In this document: piece after piece, positions 55,747-64,000 of the stretch | How positions within the stretch are numbered: position 1 is the stretch's first letter | Layout of the letters: every line of letters begins with the position of its first letter | Source of the DNA: Myxococcota bacterium | Lineage (GTDB): Bacteria; Myxococcota_A; UBA796; UBA2385 | Length of the DNA: 64,000 nt | Direction of reading: 5' to 3' | Assembly: GCA_044344255.1 (NCBI GenBank) | Contig: JBIJDH010000008.1 | Location: 160,001-224,000 of the forward strand | The notes under the pieces: generated by a model | What the model saw: only the letters and a program-made list of their open reading frames with translations | The model's database searches: none | What the model was told of the DNA's origin: nothing | Position numbers and translations under genes: made by a program

Positions 55747-57216
55747 ATGACCCGCCTCCCCGTCGTCGGCCCCTGTCTCGGCCTCCTCCTCGGCTGCGCG
55801 AACGCCGCGCCTTCGGGCGCGCCGCCCCGCCCGCCGACGACCACCCCGCCGACGACCGCCCCACCATCGGCCGCCCCGCCGACCTCCGAAGCCCCCGCCG
55901 CCTCGCTCGCCGCCCCACCGGCCGCGCCGAGCCGCCCGCGTGGCGCCACCACCTTCGGCGTGAACGATCCCATCACCATCCCCAAGCTCTTCATCGACCG
56001 GGGCGACTACCCTCGGGAGCGGGAGCCCCTCATGCTCGCCGCGAACGCCGCCCTGGTCGTTTCGGTGGGAGCGCGGGCGGTGCGGGGCTCCACCCCCGTC
56101 TATCCCTACCTTGACCATTCCACCTTGATCGCCAACAATTGGGACTGGACCCGCCCCGACAACTGGGCGCGCGCGGTCGGCGAGGCGGGCCTCGAGCCCC
56201 TGCTCATGCTTGGCCCCTGGCCTGGCAACAAGACGGCCGGCTACACCGATCAGTACGTGCCGAGCGACATGGCCGCCTATCAGGCCTATGTCCGCCGCGT
56301 GGTCGAGCGGTACGACGGGGATGGCACCGACGACATGCCCGGCCTCTCGGTGGCGGTGAAGGTGTGGGAGGTCGACAACGAGCCCGATCTCCACAACACC
56401 CGCCCGCCCAAGGGGATGACCTCGAAGGTCGAGCCGAAGGACTTCGAGAAGCCCTCCGAATACGCCCGCGTGCTCGTCGCCACCGCCGCCGCCATCCGGG
56501 AGGCCGATCCCACCGCCAAGGTGGCGTCGGCCGGCTTCTATGGCTCGGCCATCGTGTCGGGACAGGACTACATGCGGGCGGTCTTTCGGGAGCCCGGCGC
56601 CCTCGCGGCCATCGACATCATCAACGTCCACTGCTACTTCGACACCAACAACCTCGACGCCATCGAGAAGAGCCTCGCCATCGCCAAGGAGGTCGCACCG
56701 GGGCGGCCGATCTGGGTGACCGAGACGAGCGTGCCCTCCGACAAACGAAAACCCTGGGCGGACGAGGCCTGGCAGGCCCGGATGGTGGCCGCGGTCTATG
56801 GCGCCTATCTGGCCGGCGGCGCCGAGCGGATCTTCTGGCACACCTTGGCCGATCCCCCGCCCAACCCGAACGCACCGCACTCCTCGTTCAGCACCAACTC
56901 CCTGTTCCGGCGCACACCCCCGCCCGGCGGTGCCAGCGGCTCGGGCCCCCGGAAGGGGGGCGGCGTGGAGGAGAAGCCCGCGGCCCAGGTGTACAAGCGC
57001 CTCGCCGCCCACATGGCGGGCCTGGACCCCTCCGCCCTGCGCGAGGAGCCGGCGTCCGGGGGCCGCCTGCTCTGGACCGGCCAGGGCTGGCTGGCCTTTT
57101 GGGGCACCCCACAGGTGCCCTCCAACGGGGGCGTCGTCGAAGACCTGCTGACCGGCACCACCACCGCGGGCCTGAGCGAGGTGGTGGCCCCGGCCTGGAT
57201 CACGCCGCGCCCCTGA
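55747..57216 (+). CDS. Lipoprotein glycoside hydrolase of clan GH-A (GH39/GH5-like)
   Basis: Lipobox LLGC, WEVDNEPD (acid/base), NVHCY and PIWVTETS (nucleophile). Confidence 0.8.
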   Translation: MTRLPVVGPCLGLLLGCANAAPSGAPPRPPTTTPPTTAPPSAAPPTSEAPAASLAAPPAAPSRPRGATTFGVNDPITIPKLFIDRGDYPREREPLMLAANAALVVSVGARAVRGSTPVYPYLDHSTLIANNWDWTRPDNWARAVGEAGLEPLLMLGPWPGNKTAGYTDQYVPSDMAAYQAYVRRVVERYDGDGTDDMPGLSVAVKVWEVDNEPDLHNTRPPKGMTSKVEPKDFEKPSEYARVLVATAAAIREADPTAKVASAGFYGSAIVSGQDYMRAVFREPGALAAIDIINVHCYFDTNNLDAIEKSLAIAKEVAPGRPIWVTETSVPSDKRKPWADEAWQARMVAAVYGAYLAGGAERIFWHTLADPPPNPNAPHSSFSTNSLFRRTPPPGGASGSGPRKGGGVEEKPAAQVYKRLAAHMAGLDPSALREEPASGGRLLWTGQGWLAFWGTPQVPSNGGVVEDLLTGTTTAGLSEVVAPAWITPRP

Positions 57217-57287
57217 GCGCCGCCGCGCGTCGCGGCTGAGGAGAGCGACCGCCCGGTCCGGCAGGCCTTCGCATCGGCGCCCCGCGG

Positions 57288-57320
57288 CTGCCATCGAGCT
57301 GTCACACAAGAGGTTTAGAT
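57288..57320 (+). promoter_or_regulatory. Pho box plus -10 element upstream of pstS
   Basis: CTGCCATcgag CTGTCACacaa (11-bp period; E. coli half-site CTGTCAT), followed by TTAGAT at 57315-57320. Confidence 0.7.
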
Positions 57321-57342
57321 CCGGCGCCACCCCGGAGGTCCC

Positions 57343-58500
57343 ATGATCCGCCCGCGCTCCCTCGCCCTCCTCCCCCTGCTGGCCCTCGCCTGCTCGAACC
57401 AGCCCGCCGGCGATGGCGCCAAGAAGGGCCCCGAGGTGCCCGCCGAGGCCCCGAAGAAGGTCGACGCCGCGCCGATCGTCATCGACGGCTCCAGCACGGT
57501 CTACCCGATCACGGAGGCCGTGGCCGAGGAGTTCCAGAAGACCCACCCCGGCGTGAAGGTCACCATCGGCGTGAGCGGCACCGGCGGCGGCATGAAGAAG
57601 CTCTGCGCCGGTGAGCTCGCCATCGCGGGCGCCTCCCGCCCGATCAAGACGAGCGAGGCCGAGGCCTGCAAGGCCGCCGGCATCGAGCTCATCGAGCTCC
57701 CCGTGGCCTACGACGGCCTCGCCATCCTGGTCAACCCCCAGAACACCTGGGTCGACAGCATGACGGTGGCCGAGCTCAAGGCGCTCTGGGCCCCCGAGGC
57801 CCAGGGTAAGGTCAAGACCTGGGCCGACGTCCGGAAGGGCTGGCCCAAGGAGGAGATCCATCTCTTCGGCGCTGGCGTCGACTCCGGCACCTATGACTAC
57901 TTCACCCAGGCCATCGTGGGCGAAGAGCACAAGAGCCGCGGCGACTTCACGAGCAGCGAGGACGACAACGTGCTCGTCCAGGGCATCGGCTCCGACAAGC
58001 TGGCGCTCGGCTTCTTCGGCTACGCCTACTTCGAGCAGAACCAGGACAAGCTGAAGCTCGTCCCCGTGGATGACGGCGTCGCCGACAACGGCGCCGGCCC
58101 GATCTCGCCCTCCCCGATCACCGTGCGCGACGGCACCTATCAACCCCTGTCCCGCCCGCTCTTCATCTACGTGAGCGTGAAGGCCGCGGCGCGCCCCGAG
58201 GTCAAGGACTTCATCCACTACTACCTCGGCGAGGGCCACAAGCTGGTCGCCGAGACGGGCTACATCGCCCTCCCCGACTCGGCCTACACGCTCGTCAACG
58301 CCCGCTTCGACCAGGGCAAGACGGGCTCGGCCTTCTCGGGTGGGAGCAAGACCGGCGTGACGATCGAGCAGCTCCTCCAGGCTGAAGGCGCGGCCGCCCC
58401 GGCCGACCCTGCGGCCGCCCCGGCTGACCCTGCTGCCACCCCGGGCGCCCCCGCCGCCGCCCCTGCCGCCGCTCCGGCCACCCCGGCCGCGAAGCCCTGA
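57343..58500 (+). CDS. pstS: Phosphate ABC transporter substrate-binding lipoprotein
   Basis: [28 protein letters not shown] and [11 protein letters not shown] motifs. Confidence 0.96.
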   Translation: MIRPRSLALLPLLALACSNQPAGDGAKKGPEVPAEAPKKVDAAPIVIDGSSTVYPITEAVAEEFQKTHPGVKVTIGVSGTGGGMKKLCAGELAIAGASRPIKTSEAEACKAAGIELIELPVAYDGLAILVNPQNTWVDSMTVAELKALWAPEAQGKVKTWADVRKGWPKEEIHLFGAGVDSGTYDYFTQAIVGEEHKSRGDFTSSEDDNVLVQGIGSDKLALGFFGYAYFEQNQDKLKLVPVDDGVADNGAGPISPSPITVRDGTYQPLSRPLFIYVSVKAAARPEVKDFIHYYLGEGHKLVAETGYIALPDSAYTLVNARFDQGKTGSAFSGGSKTGVTIEQLLQAEGAAAPADPAAAPADPAATPGAPAAAPAAAPATPAAKP

Positions 58501-59423
58501 TGTCCTCCGGAGGCGAGGCCGCCGGGCGCTTCAACACGAAGAGCGGCGCACACCCGCTCGGCGAGCGCATCGTCGAGGGGGCGCTCCTCCTCTGCGGTGT
58601 CCTCTCCGTGCTGACCACCGCGGGCATCATCACGGTGCTGGCGCAGGAGACCTGGGCCTTCTTCGCAGAGGTGGGCGTCGCCGCCTTCCTCTTCGACACC
58701 CAGTGGACCCCCCTCTTCTCCGACGCCCACTTCGGCATCTGGCCCCTCGTCTCCGGCACCTTCCTGACCAGCGCCATCGCGATCGCGGTGGCGCTGCCCT
58801 TCGGCTTGTTGGCCGCGATCTACCTCTCCGAGTTCGCGCCCCCGAAGCTCCGGCGGGTCCTCAAGCCCATGCTCGAGCTGCTCGCCGGCGTCCCCACCGT
58901 GGTCTTCGGCTACTTCGCGCTGGTCACCGTGACCCCCGCCCTCCAAAAGGTGATCCCGAACCTCGCCGGCTTCAACTCGCTGTCGGCAGGCATCGTGATG
59001 GGGGTGATGATCATCCCGATGATCTCGTCGCTCTCCGAAGACGCCCTCTTCGCCGTCCCGCGCAGCTTGAGGGAGGGGGCGTGGGCCCTCGGCGCCGGCA
59101 AGCTGCCCACGCTCTTCCGGGTCGTGCTGCCCGCCGCGCGCTCCGGGGTGCTGGCCGCCCTCACGCTCGCGGTCTCGCGGGCCGTGGGCGAGACGATGAT
59201 CGTCGCCATCGCCGCCGGTCAGCAGCCCCGGCTGACCCTCGACCCCCGCGTCCCCCTCGAGACGATGACCGCCTACATCGTCCAGGTGAGCATGGGTGAC
59301 CTCCCGCACGGCACCCTCGGCTACCGCACGATCTTCGCGGTGGGCTCCGCGCTCTTCCTCATGACCTTCACGATGAACATCTTCGGTCAGCGCCTCGCGG
59401 CGAAGGCGCGGAGGCTCGGATGA
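58500..59423 (+). CDS. pstC: Phosphate ABC transporter permease
   Basis: [22 protein letters not shown] and RAVGETM motifs. Confidence 0.96.
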   Translation: MSSGGEAAGRFNTKSGAHPLGERIVEGALLLCGVLSVLTTAGIITVLAQETWAFFAEVGVAAFLFDTQWTPLFSDAHFGIWPLVSGTFLTSAIAIAVALPFGLLAAIYLSEFAPPKLRRVLKPMLELLAGVPTVVFGYFALVTVTPALQKVIPNLAGFNSLSAGIVMGVMIIPMISSLSEDALFAVPRSLREGAWALGAGKLPTLFRVVLPAARSGVLAALTLAVSRAVGETMIVAIAAGQQPRLTLDPRVPLETMTAYIVQVSMGDLPHGTLGYRTIFAVGSALFLMTFTMNIFGQRLAAKARRLG

Positions 59424-60292
59424 GCGCCCTCTCCACCGAGCATCGGCGCGGAGATCGCCGGGCGGAGCGGGCCTTCGAGTGGCTCTGCCTCGCCGCCGTC
59501 GTGCTCCCCCTCGGCCTGCTCGGCTTCCTGCTCATCGAGGGCCTCCGAGACGGGATCTCCCGCCTCAGCCTCGACTTCCTGACCAGCTACCCCTCCCGGA
59601 AGTGGGAGGAGGCGGGCGTGTTGCCCTCGCTGGTCGGCAGCGTGTACCTCCTCGTGCTCACCGCGGCGATCGCGCTGCCGATCGGCGTCGGCGCGGCCGT
59701 CTACCTCGAGGAGTACGGCAAACAGGGCCGGCTCGCGCGCGTCATCGAGATCAACATCGCCAACCTCGCCGGCGTGCCCTCGATCCTCTACGGTCTGCTC
59801 GGGCTCGGTGTCTTCGTGCGAGCCCTCGGTATGGGCCGCAGCCTGATCGCCGGGGCCTGCACCCTCGCCCTGCTCGTGTTGCCCATCGTCATCTTGTCCA
59901 CCCGAGAGGCGCTGCGCACGGTGCCGAACAGCCTCCGCGAGGCCGCGCTCGCCCTCGGCGCCACCCGCTGGCAGGCGATCCGCCAGGTGGTGCTGCCGAT
60001 GGCCTTCCCCGGCATCCTGACCGGCGCCATCCTCGCCGTGTCCCGGGCCATCGGCGAGACCGCCCCCCTGGTCGTCGTGGGCGCCCTCACCTACGTCACC
60101 TTCCTGCCCGACGGCCTCGACGCCCCCTTCACCGCCTTGCCGATCCAGATCTTCAACTGGGTCAGCCGCCCCCAGAAGGGCTTCCTCACGGACGCCGCAG
60201 CCGCGATCACCGTGCTACTCGCCACCTTGCTCCTCATCAACCTCAGCGCCATCCTGCTAAGAGACCGGCTGCAGAAGCGCCTGAACGGGTAG
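59420..60292 (+). CDS. pstA: Phosphate ABC transporter permease
   Basis: [14 protein letters not shown] and RAIGETAP motifs. Confidence 0.96.
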   Translation: MSALSTEHRRGDRRAERAFEWLCLAAVVLPLGLLGFLLIEGLRDGISRLSLDFLTSYPSRKWEEAGVLPSLVGSVYLLVLTAAIALPIGVGAAVYLEEYGKQGRLARVIEINIANLAGVPSILYGLLGLGVFVRALGMGRSLIAGACTLALLVLPIVILSTREALRTVPNSLREAALALGATRWQAIRQVVLPMAFPGILTGAILAVSRAIGETAPLVVVGALTYVTFLPDGLDAPFTALPIQIFNWVSRPQKGFLTDAAAAITVLLATLLLINLSAILLRDRLQKRLNG

Positions 60293-60297
60293 GAACC

Positions 60298-61089
60298 GTG
60301 GAAAAAGCACCGATCTCCGCACCCAGCTCACGCCCACCCAAGTACGCGGTGAGCGCGCTGCGCGCCGGATTTGGCGCGGCGGAGGTGTTGAAGGGCATCG
60401 ACCTCGACCTCCCCGAGAAGACGGTCACCGCGATCATCGGGCCCTCGGGCTGCGGGAAATCTACCTTCATCCGCACCCTCAACCGCATGCACGAGCTCGT
60501 GCCGGGGGCCTGGGCCAAGGGCCGGATCGAGCTCGACGGCGAGGACATCCAGGGCGCGGAGGTCGATCCCGTTCTGCTGCGGCGCCGGGTGGGGATGGTC
60601 TTCCAAAAGCCGAACCCCTTCCCGACGATGAGCATCCGCGAGAACACCCTCGCCGGCCTCCGCCTCACACACCGGCTCAAGCGCGCCGACGCCGACGGGG
60701 TCCTCGAGCGGGCCCTCAGCCAGGCCGCCCTCTGGGGCGAGGTCAAGGACCGCCTCGACGCCCCGGGCATGAGCCTGTCGGGCGGCCAGCAGCAGCGGCT
60801 CTGCATCGCGCGCGCCCTCGCCGTCGATCCCGACGTCCTCCTGATGGACGAGCCCTGCTCGGCGCTCGACCCCATCGCCACCGCCCGCATCGAAGATCTC
60901 CTCCACGAGCTGCAGGAGCGCTACACCATCGTCATCGTGACCCACTCCATGCAGCAGGCGGCCCGGGTCTCCAAGCGCACCGCCTTCTTCCTGATGGGCG
61001 AGCTCGTGGAGCTCGATGACACCGACAAGGTGTTCTCAGCACCCACCGATTCGCGCACCGAGGACTACATCACGGGGCGCTTCGGGTAG
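60298..61089 (+). CDS. pstB: Phosphate ABC transporter ATP-binding protein
   Basis: [31 protein letters not shown] and YITGRFG motifs. Confidence 0.97.
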   Translation: MEKAPISAPSSRPPKYAVSALRAGFGAAEVLKGIDLDLPEKTVTAIIGPSGCGKSTFIRTLNRMHELVPGAWAKGRIELDGEDIQGAEVDPVLLRRRVGMVFQKPNPFPTMSIRENTLAGLRLTHRLKRADADGVLERALSQAALWGEVKDRLDAPGMSLSGGQQQRLCIARALAVDPDVLLMDEPCSALDPIATARIEDLLHELQERYTIVIVTHSMQQAARVSKRTAFFLMGELVELDDTDKVFSAPTDSRTEDYITGRFG

Positions 61090-61106
61090 GCTGCTCTCTT
61101 TGTGGG

Positions 61107-61796
61107 ATGGAACGCATGGGCTCGCGACACACGGACCGGGAATTCGAGCAGGAGCTAGAAGGCCTCCGACAGCGCATCCTGCGCATGGGCGGACGCGTCG
61201 AAGAGATGATGTCCCGCGCCGTCACCGCCGTCGGCCAGGGGCGCCCCGAGGACGCACGCGCCACCATCCTCCTCGATCGGCAGGTCAACCAGGACGAGCT
61301 CGAGGTCGACGAGGTCTGCTTGCGCCTGCTCGCGCGCTGGCAGCCGATGGCCTCTGACCTCCGCTTCATCCTCTTCTCGGTGAAGGTGGTGACCGACCTC
61401 GAGCGTATCGGAGACCTCGCGGTGAACATCTGCGAGCGCGCCGTCGATCTCGGAGAGGCCAGCCCCGCTGACTTGGCGCCCGAGCTGCCGGCCATAGCCC
61501 GCATCGTCTCTGCGATGCTCTCCGGCGCCATTGAGGCCTTCGTCGATCGGGACGCAGAAAAGGCCCGCGCCGTCATCAGCCGCGACGATGAGGTCGATGA
61601 GCTCTACCACATCATCTTCGGCCGACAGGTGGCCCGAATGAGCACCGACCCCGGCATCGCAGACCGACACATCTCCGTGCTCAACGTCGCGCGGTACCTC
61701 GAGCGGGCCGGCGACCACTGTACCAACCTCTGCGAGCAGGTCATCTTCCTGGTGCGCGGCCAAGACGTCCGGCACCAGGGCAAGCGCGTGCACTGA
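61107..61796 (+). CDS. phoU: Phosphate signalling complex protein PhoU
   Basis: QPMASDLR, DLERIGDLAVNI, DDEVD and LERAGDHCTN motifs. Confidence 0.96.
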   Translation: MERMGSRHTDREFEQELEGLRQRILRMGGRVEEMMSRAVTAVGQGRPEDARATILLDRQVNQDELEVDEVCLRLLARWQPMASDLRFILFSVKVVTDLERIGDLAVNICERAVDLGEASPADLAPELPAIARIVSAMLSGAIEAFVDRDAEKARAVISRDDEVDELYHIIFGRQVARMSTDPGIADRHISVLNVARYLERAGDHCTNLCEQVIFLVRGQDVRHQGKRVH

Positions 61797-61819
61797 GCGG
61801 CCGCGCCCGGAGCGTTCGC

Positions 61820-64000
61820 TCAGGGGTAGACCACCACCCGGTAGCTGCGCTCCTCGCTCCCGGAGATCTTCACCTTCAGGCCGCCCACCTCGACGGTGCC
61901 GTCGGTGAGGGTCTGGCTGGCCTCCCCCGGGCCCGTGGCCGTGCCGCTCACCGTGTAGCGGGTGCCGTCGGCCTCCGTGAAGCGGCCGCCCGAGCCGAAG
62001 ACGCGGAGCTCGCGCGCGCCGTCCATGTCGGAGAGGGTGGTGATGCCGGAGTCGGTGGCGGTGGTGAAGGTGTCCGGGGCCTCGGCCAACAGCGGGATGA
62101 TCGTGCCCTCCGCCGCGAAGACCGGGATGTCCCCCAGCGCCGCCGCCTGCCAGCCGCTCTCGACCTCCGCCCCGCTGAAGTAGTTGAACCAGCGCTGCCC
62201 GCCCGGGAGCTCGACCTCCCGACCCTCTGCGCCCGCCTCCATCACCGGCGCCACGAGCAGGGCGGAGCCCAAGAGCCAGGCGTCGATGCGCGCCCAGTCA
62301 GCCTCCGGATAGACCAGCGCGGGCGCCAACACGAGGGGGATGCCGTCGGTGTGGGCCTTCTCGGCGAGGCCGCGGAGGTAGGGGAAGAGGCGGGCGTGCT
62401 CGATGGCATAGCGGGTGAAGTGGGCGAGGGTCTCCTCGTCGGTGTCGAACTGCCAGTTGTCCTCATCGAAACGACCATGGTGCGTGCGCATGATCGGGGT
62501 GAAGGCCCCGAGCGCGCACCAGCGGAACCACACCTCTTTGGTGGTGGGGGCGTTGCCGATCGAGTTGTAGCCCGCGATGTCGTGCGTGTAGAAGGCGACC
62601 CCCGAGATGCCGAGGCCGATGCCCATCGGGAGCACGGTCGGGAGCCCGTCGTCCGCCTCAAAGCTCGTGCGCTGATCGCCGGCCCAGGTCACGGGAGAGA
62701 CCGCCTGGCTGCCCGTCCAGCCGGAGCGGGTGAAGAAGACCGAGTCCGTGCCTGCCAGGACCTCCGCCGACATCTCCTGCCAGAGGCGGGGGTAGGCGTT
62801 GTGGTCGTCGAGGGCGTCCATGCCTTGCAGGGTGGCGTCGGTGGGCAGCCACTCGGCGTAGTCGGTCATCCAGCCCTCGAGGCCGATCTCGAGCGCCGCG
62901 GTCATCTTCTCCTCCGCCCAGGCCACGGCGTCGGGGTTGGTGGGGTCGAGCACGGTGACCTCGCCCAGGCCCGCGCCGGTGAACCAGTAGGTCTCCTCCC
63001 CGTCAGGAGTGCGCACGCCGAATTCGGCGGCCTCTGACGCCGCCTTGGTGTCCTTGGCGATGAAGGGGGCGAAGTAGCCGAGCCACTTGAAGCCCTGCCC
63101 ATGGAGCTCGGCCGCGATGTCTTCGGCGTTCGGGTAGAGCGCCTCGTCCACCTCCCACTCGTCGGAGAGCTGGTAGCCCACGGCCTGGGGATTGGAGCCC
63201 TTCCAGTCCTCCGTCCAAATGACCGAGGCCGGGGCCCCGGCGGCGCGCAGCGTCGCGGCGACGGTGCGCACCCGCTCCACACCGCGGATCGCGTCGAGCC
63301 AGGGGGCGAAGGCCCAGTCGGGCGGCAGGACGGGCGCCCCCGACGCCAGGGTGTGCGTGCCCACGACCTCGAGGGGGCTGTCTCCCGCGACCACCTTGAG
63401 GTTGAGCACCCCGCTCCAGGTGGTGAGCGACCAACGGCTAGGATCGGAGGCGCAGAGGTCGACGTCGACCCTGCTCCAGGTGCTCACCCCCACGCCCACC
63501 GGCGCGCGCGGGTTCAGGATGAAGGGCACCGGATAGGAGCTCGAGTGGCGCGTGCCCTGGAGGAACCAGTCGGCGGGATAGGCCTCCTGGTCTGACTTTC
63601 CGATGCCCGGCTCGCCCACCCACAGCCCGAAGGCCTCGCCGCGGTGATCCACATCGAAGGCGTGGGCGCCGAGGCCGAGGAAGCGGTCGTCGGGGTCGCA
63701 GGCGAAGGAGGCGCGGGCGCGGTTGGTGCCGCTCGAATCGGAGAGGATCGAGACGTTGAGCACGCGGTCGCCCACCGCCCAGGCGTGCAGCCAGCCCACC
63801 GACTTGTCGCCGGCGCCGATGAGCTCCAGCTCGAGGGAGTCATCGCGGCGCTTGGAGCGGAGCTCTGTCCCCTGCACGGCGGAGAGGTCGAGCGCGGTCT
63901 CGGTGAACTTGTAGCTGCCGACCTGAAAGTCGACCTCGGCCTCGCCTTGTCCGAACTCGAGCTCCTCGAGGTCCAGCAGGCGCTTGCCGTGCCAGTCTAC
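61820..64000 (-). CDS. Glycoside hydrolase family 31 (YihQ-like), 5'-truncated
   Basis: WMTDYAE (nucleophile), WAGDQ, HDIAGY and MRTHHG motifs; frame is open to the window edge. Confidence 0.9.
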   Translation of the reverse strand, partial: VDWHGKRLLDLEELEFGQGEAEVDFQVGSYKFTETALDLSAVQGTELRSKRRDDSLELELIGAGDKSVGWLHAWAVGDRVLNVSILSDSSGTNRARASFACDPDDRFLGLGAHAFDVDHRGEAFGLWVGEPGIGKSDQEAYPADWFLQGTRHSSSYPVPFILNPRAPVGVGVSTWSRVDVDLCASDPSRWSLTTWSGVLNLKVVAGDSPLEVVGTHTLASGAPVLPPDWAFAPWLDAIRGVERVRTVAATLRAAGAPASVIWTEDWKGSNPQAVGYQLSDEWEVDEALYPNAEDIAAELHGQGFKWLGYFAPFIAKDTKAASEAAEFGVRTPDGEETYWFTGAGLGEVTVLDPTNPDAVAWAEEKMTAALEIGLEGWMTDYAEWLPTDATLQGMDALDDHNAYPRLWQEMSAEVLAGTDSVFFTRSGWTGSQAVSPVTWAGDQRTSFEADDGLPTVLPMGIGLGISGVAFYTHDIAGYNSIGNAPTTKEVWFRWCALGAFTPIMRTHHGRFDEDNWQFDTDEETLAHFTRYAIEHARLFPYLRGLAEKAHTDGIPLVLAPALVYPEADWARIDAWLLGSALLVAPVMEAGAEGREVELPGGQRWFNYFSGAEVESGWQAAALGDIPVFAAEGTIIPLLAEAPDTFTTATDSGITTLSDMDGARELRVFGSGGRFTEADGTRYTVSGTATGPGEASQTLTDGTVEVGGLKVKISGSEERSYRVVVYP

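Overview
Very GC-rich bacterial chromosomal DNA, most consistent with a Myxococcota/deltaproteobacterial genome (inferred from MYXO-CTERM-like tails, three large Hanks-type Ser/Thr kinases, MopE-type repeats and a DUF1552/DUF1592 pair). About 49 protein genes are supported. They include TldD/TldE, an ECF sigma/anti-sigma/Spy module, several peptidases (S8, M17, gluzincin, S46), asnS, lipB, tmk, htpG, tatA, hutI, a complete pstSCAB-phoU operon with a Pho-box-like site, and GH-A and GH31 glycosidases. There are three clear tRNA genes (Arg-ACG, Ser-GCT, Ser-TGA). I saw no integrase, transposase, phage gene, reverse transcriptase or CRISPR array. The signals least explained by standard annotation are: (i) a 116-nt tRNA-like/structured element (12558-12673) in an AT-richer intergenic region upstream of a tandem-HTH, nucleoid-protein-like gene; (ii) an abrupt patch of A/T-ending codons inside the M17 aminopeptidase; (iii) recurrent C-rich tandem repeats just upstream of start codons, always C-rich on the sense strand; (iv) a sigma54-activator-like AAA+ domain lacking GAFTGA fused to an AraC HTH, beside a divergently arranged DUF1552/DUF1592 pair; and (v) 11-bp-period repeats on both sides of htpG. 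All family calls come from motif recognition by eye; no database search was run.
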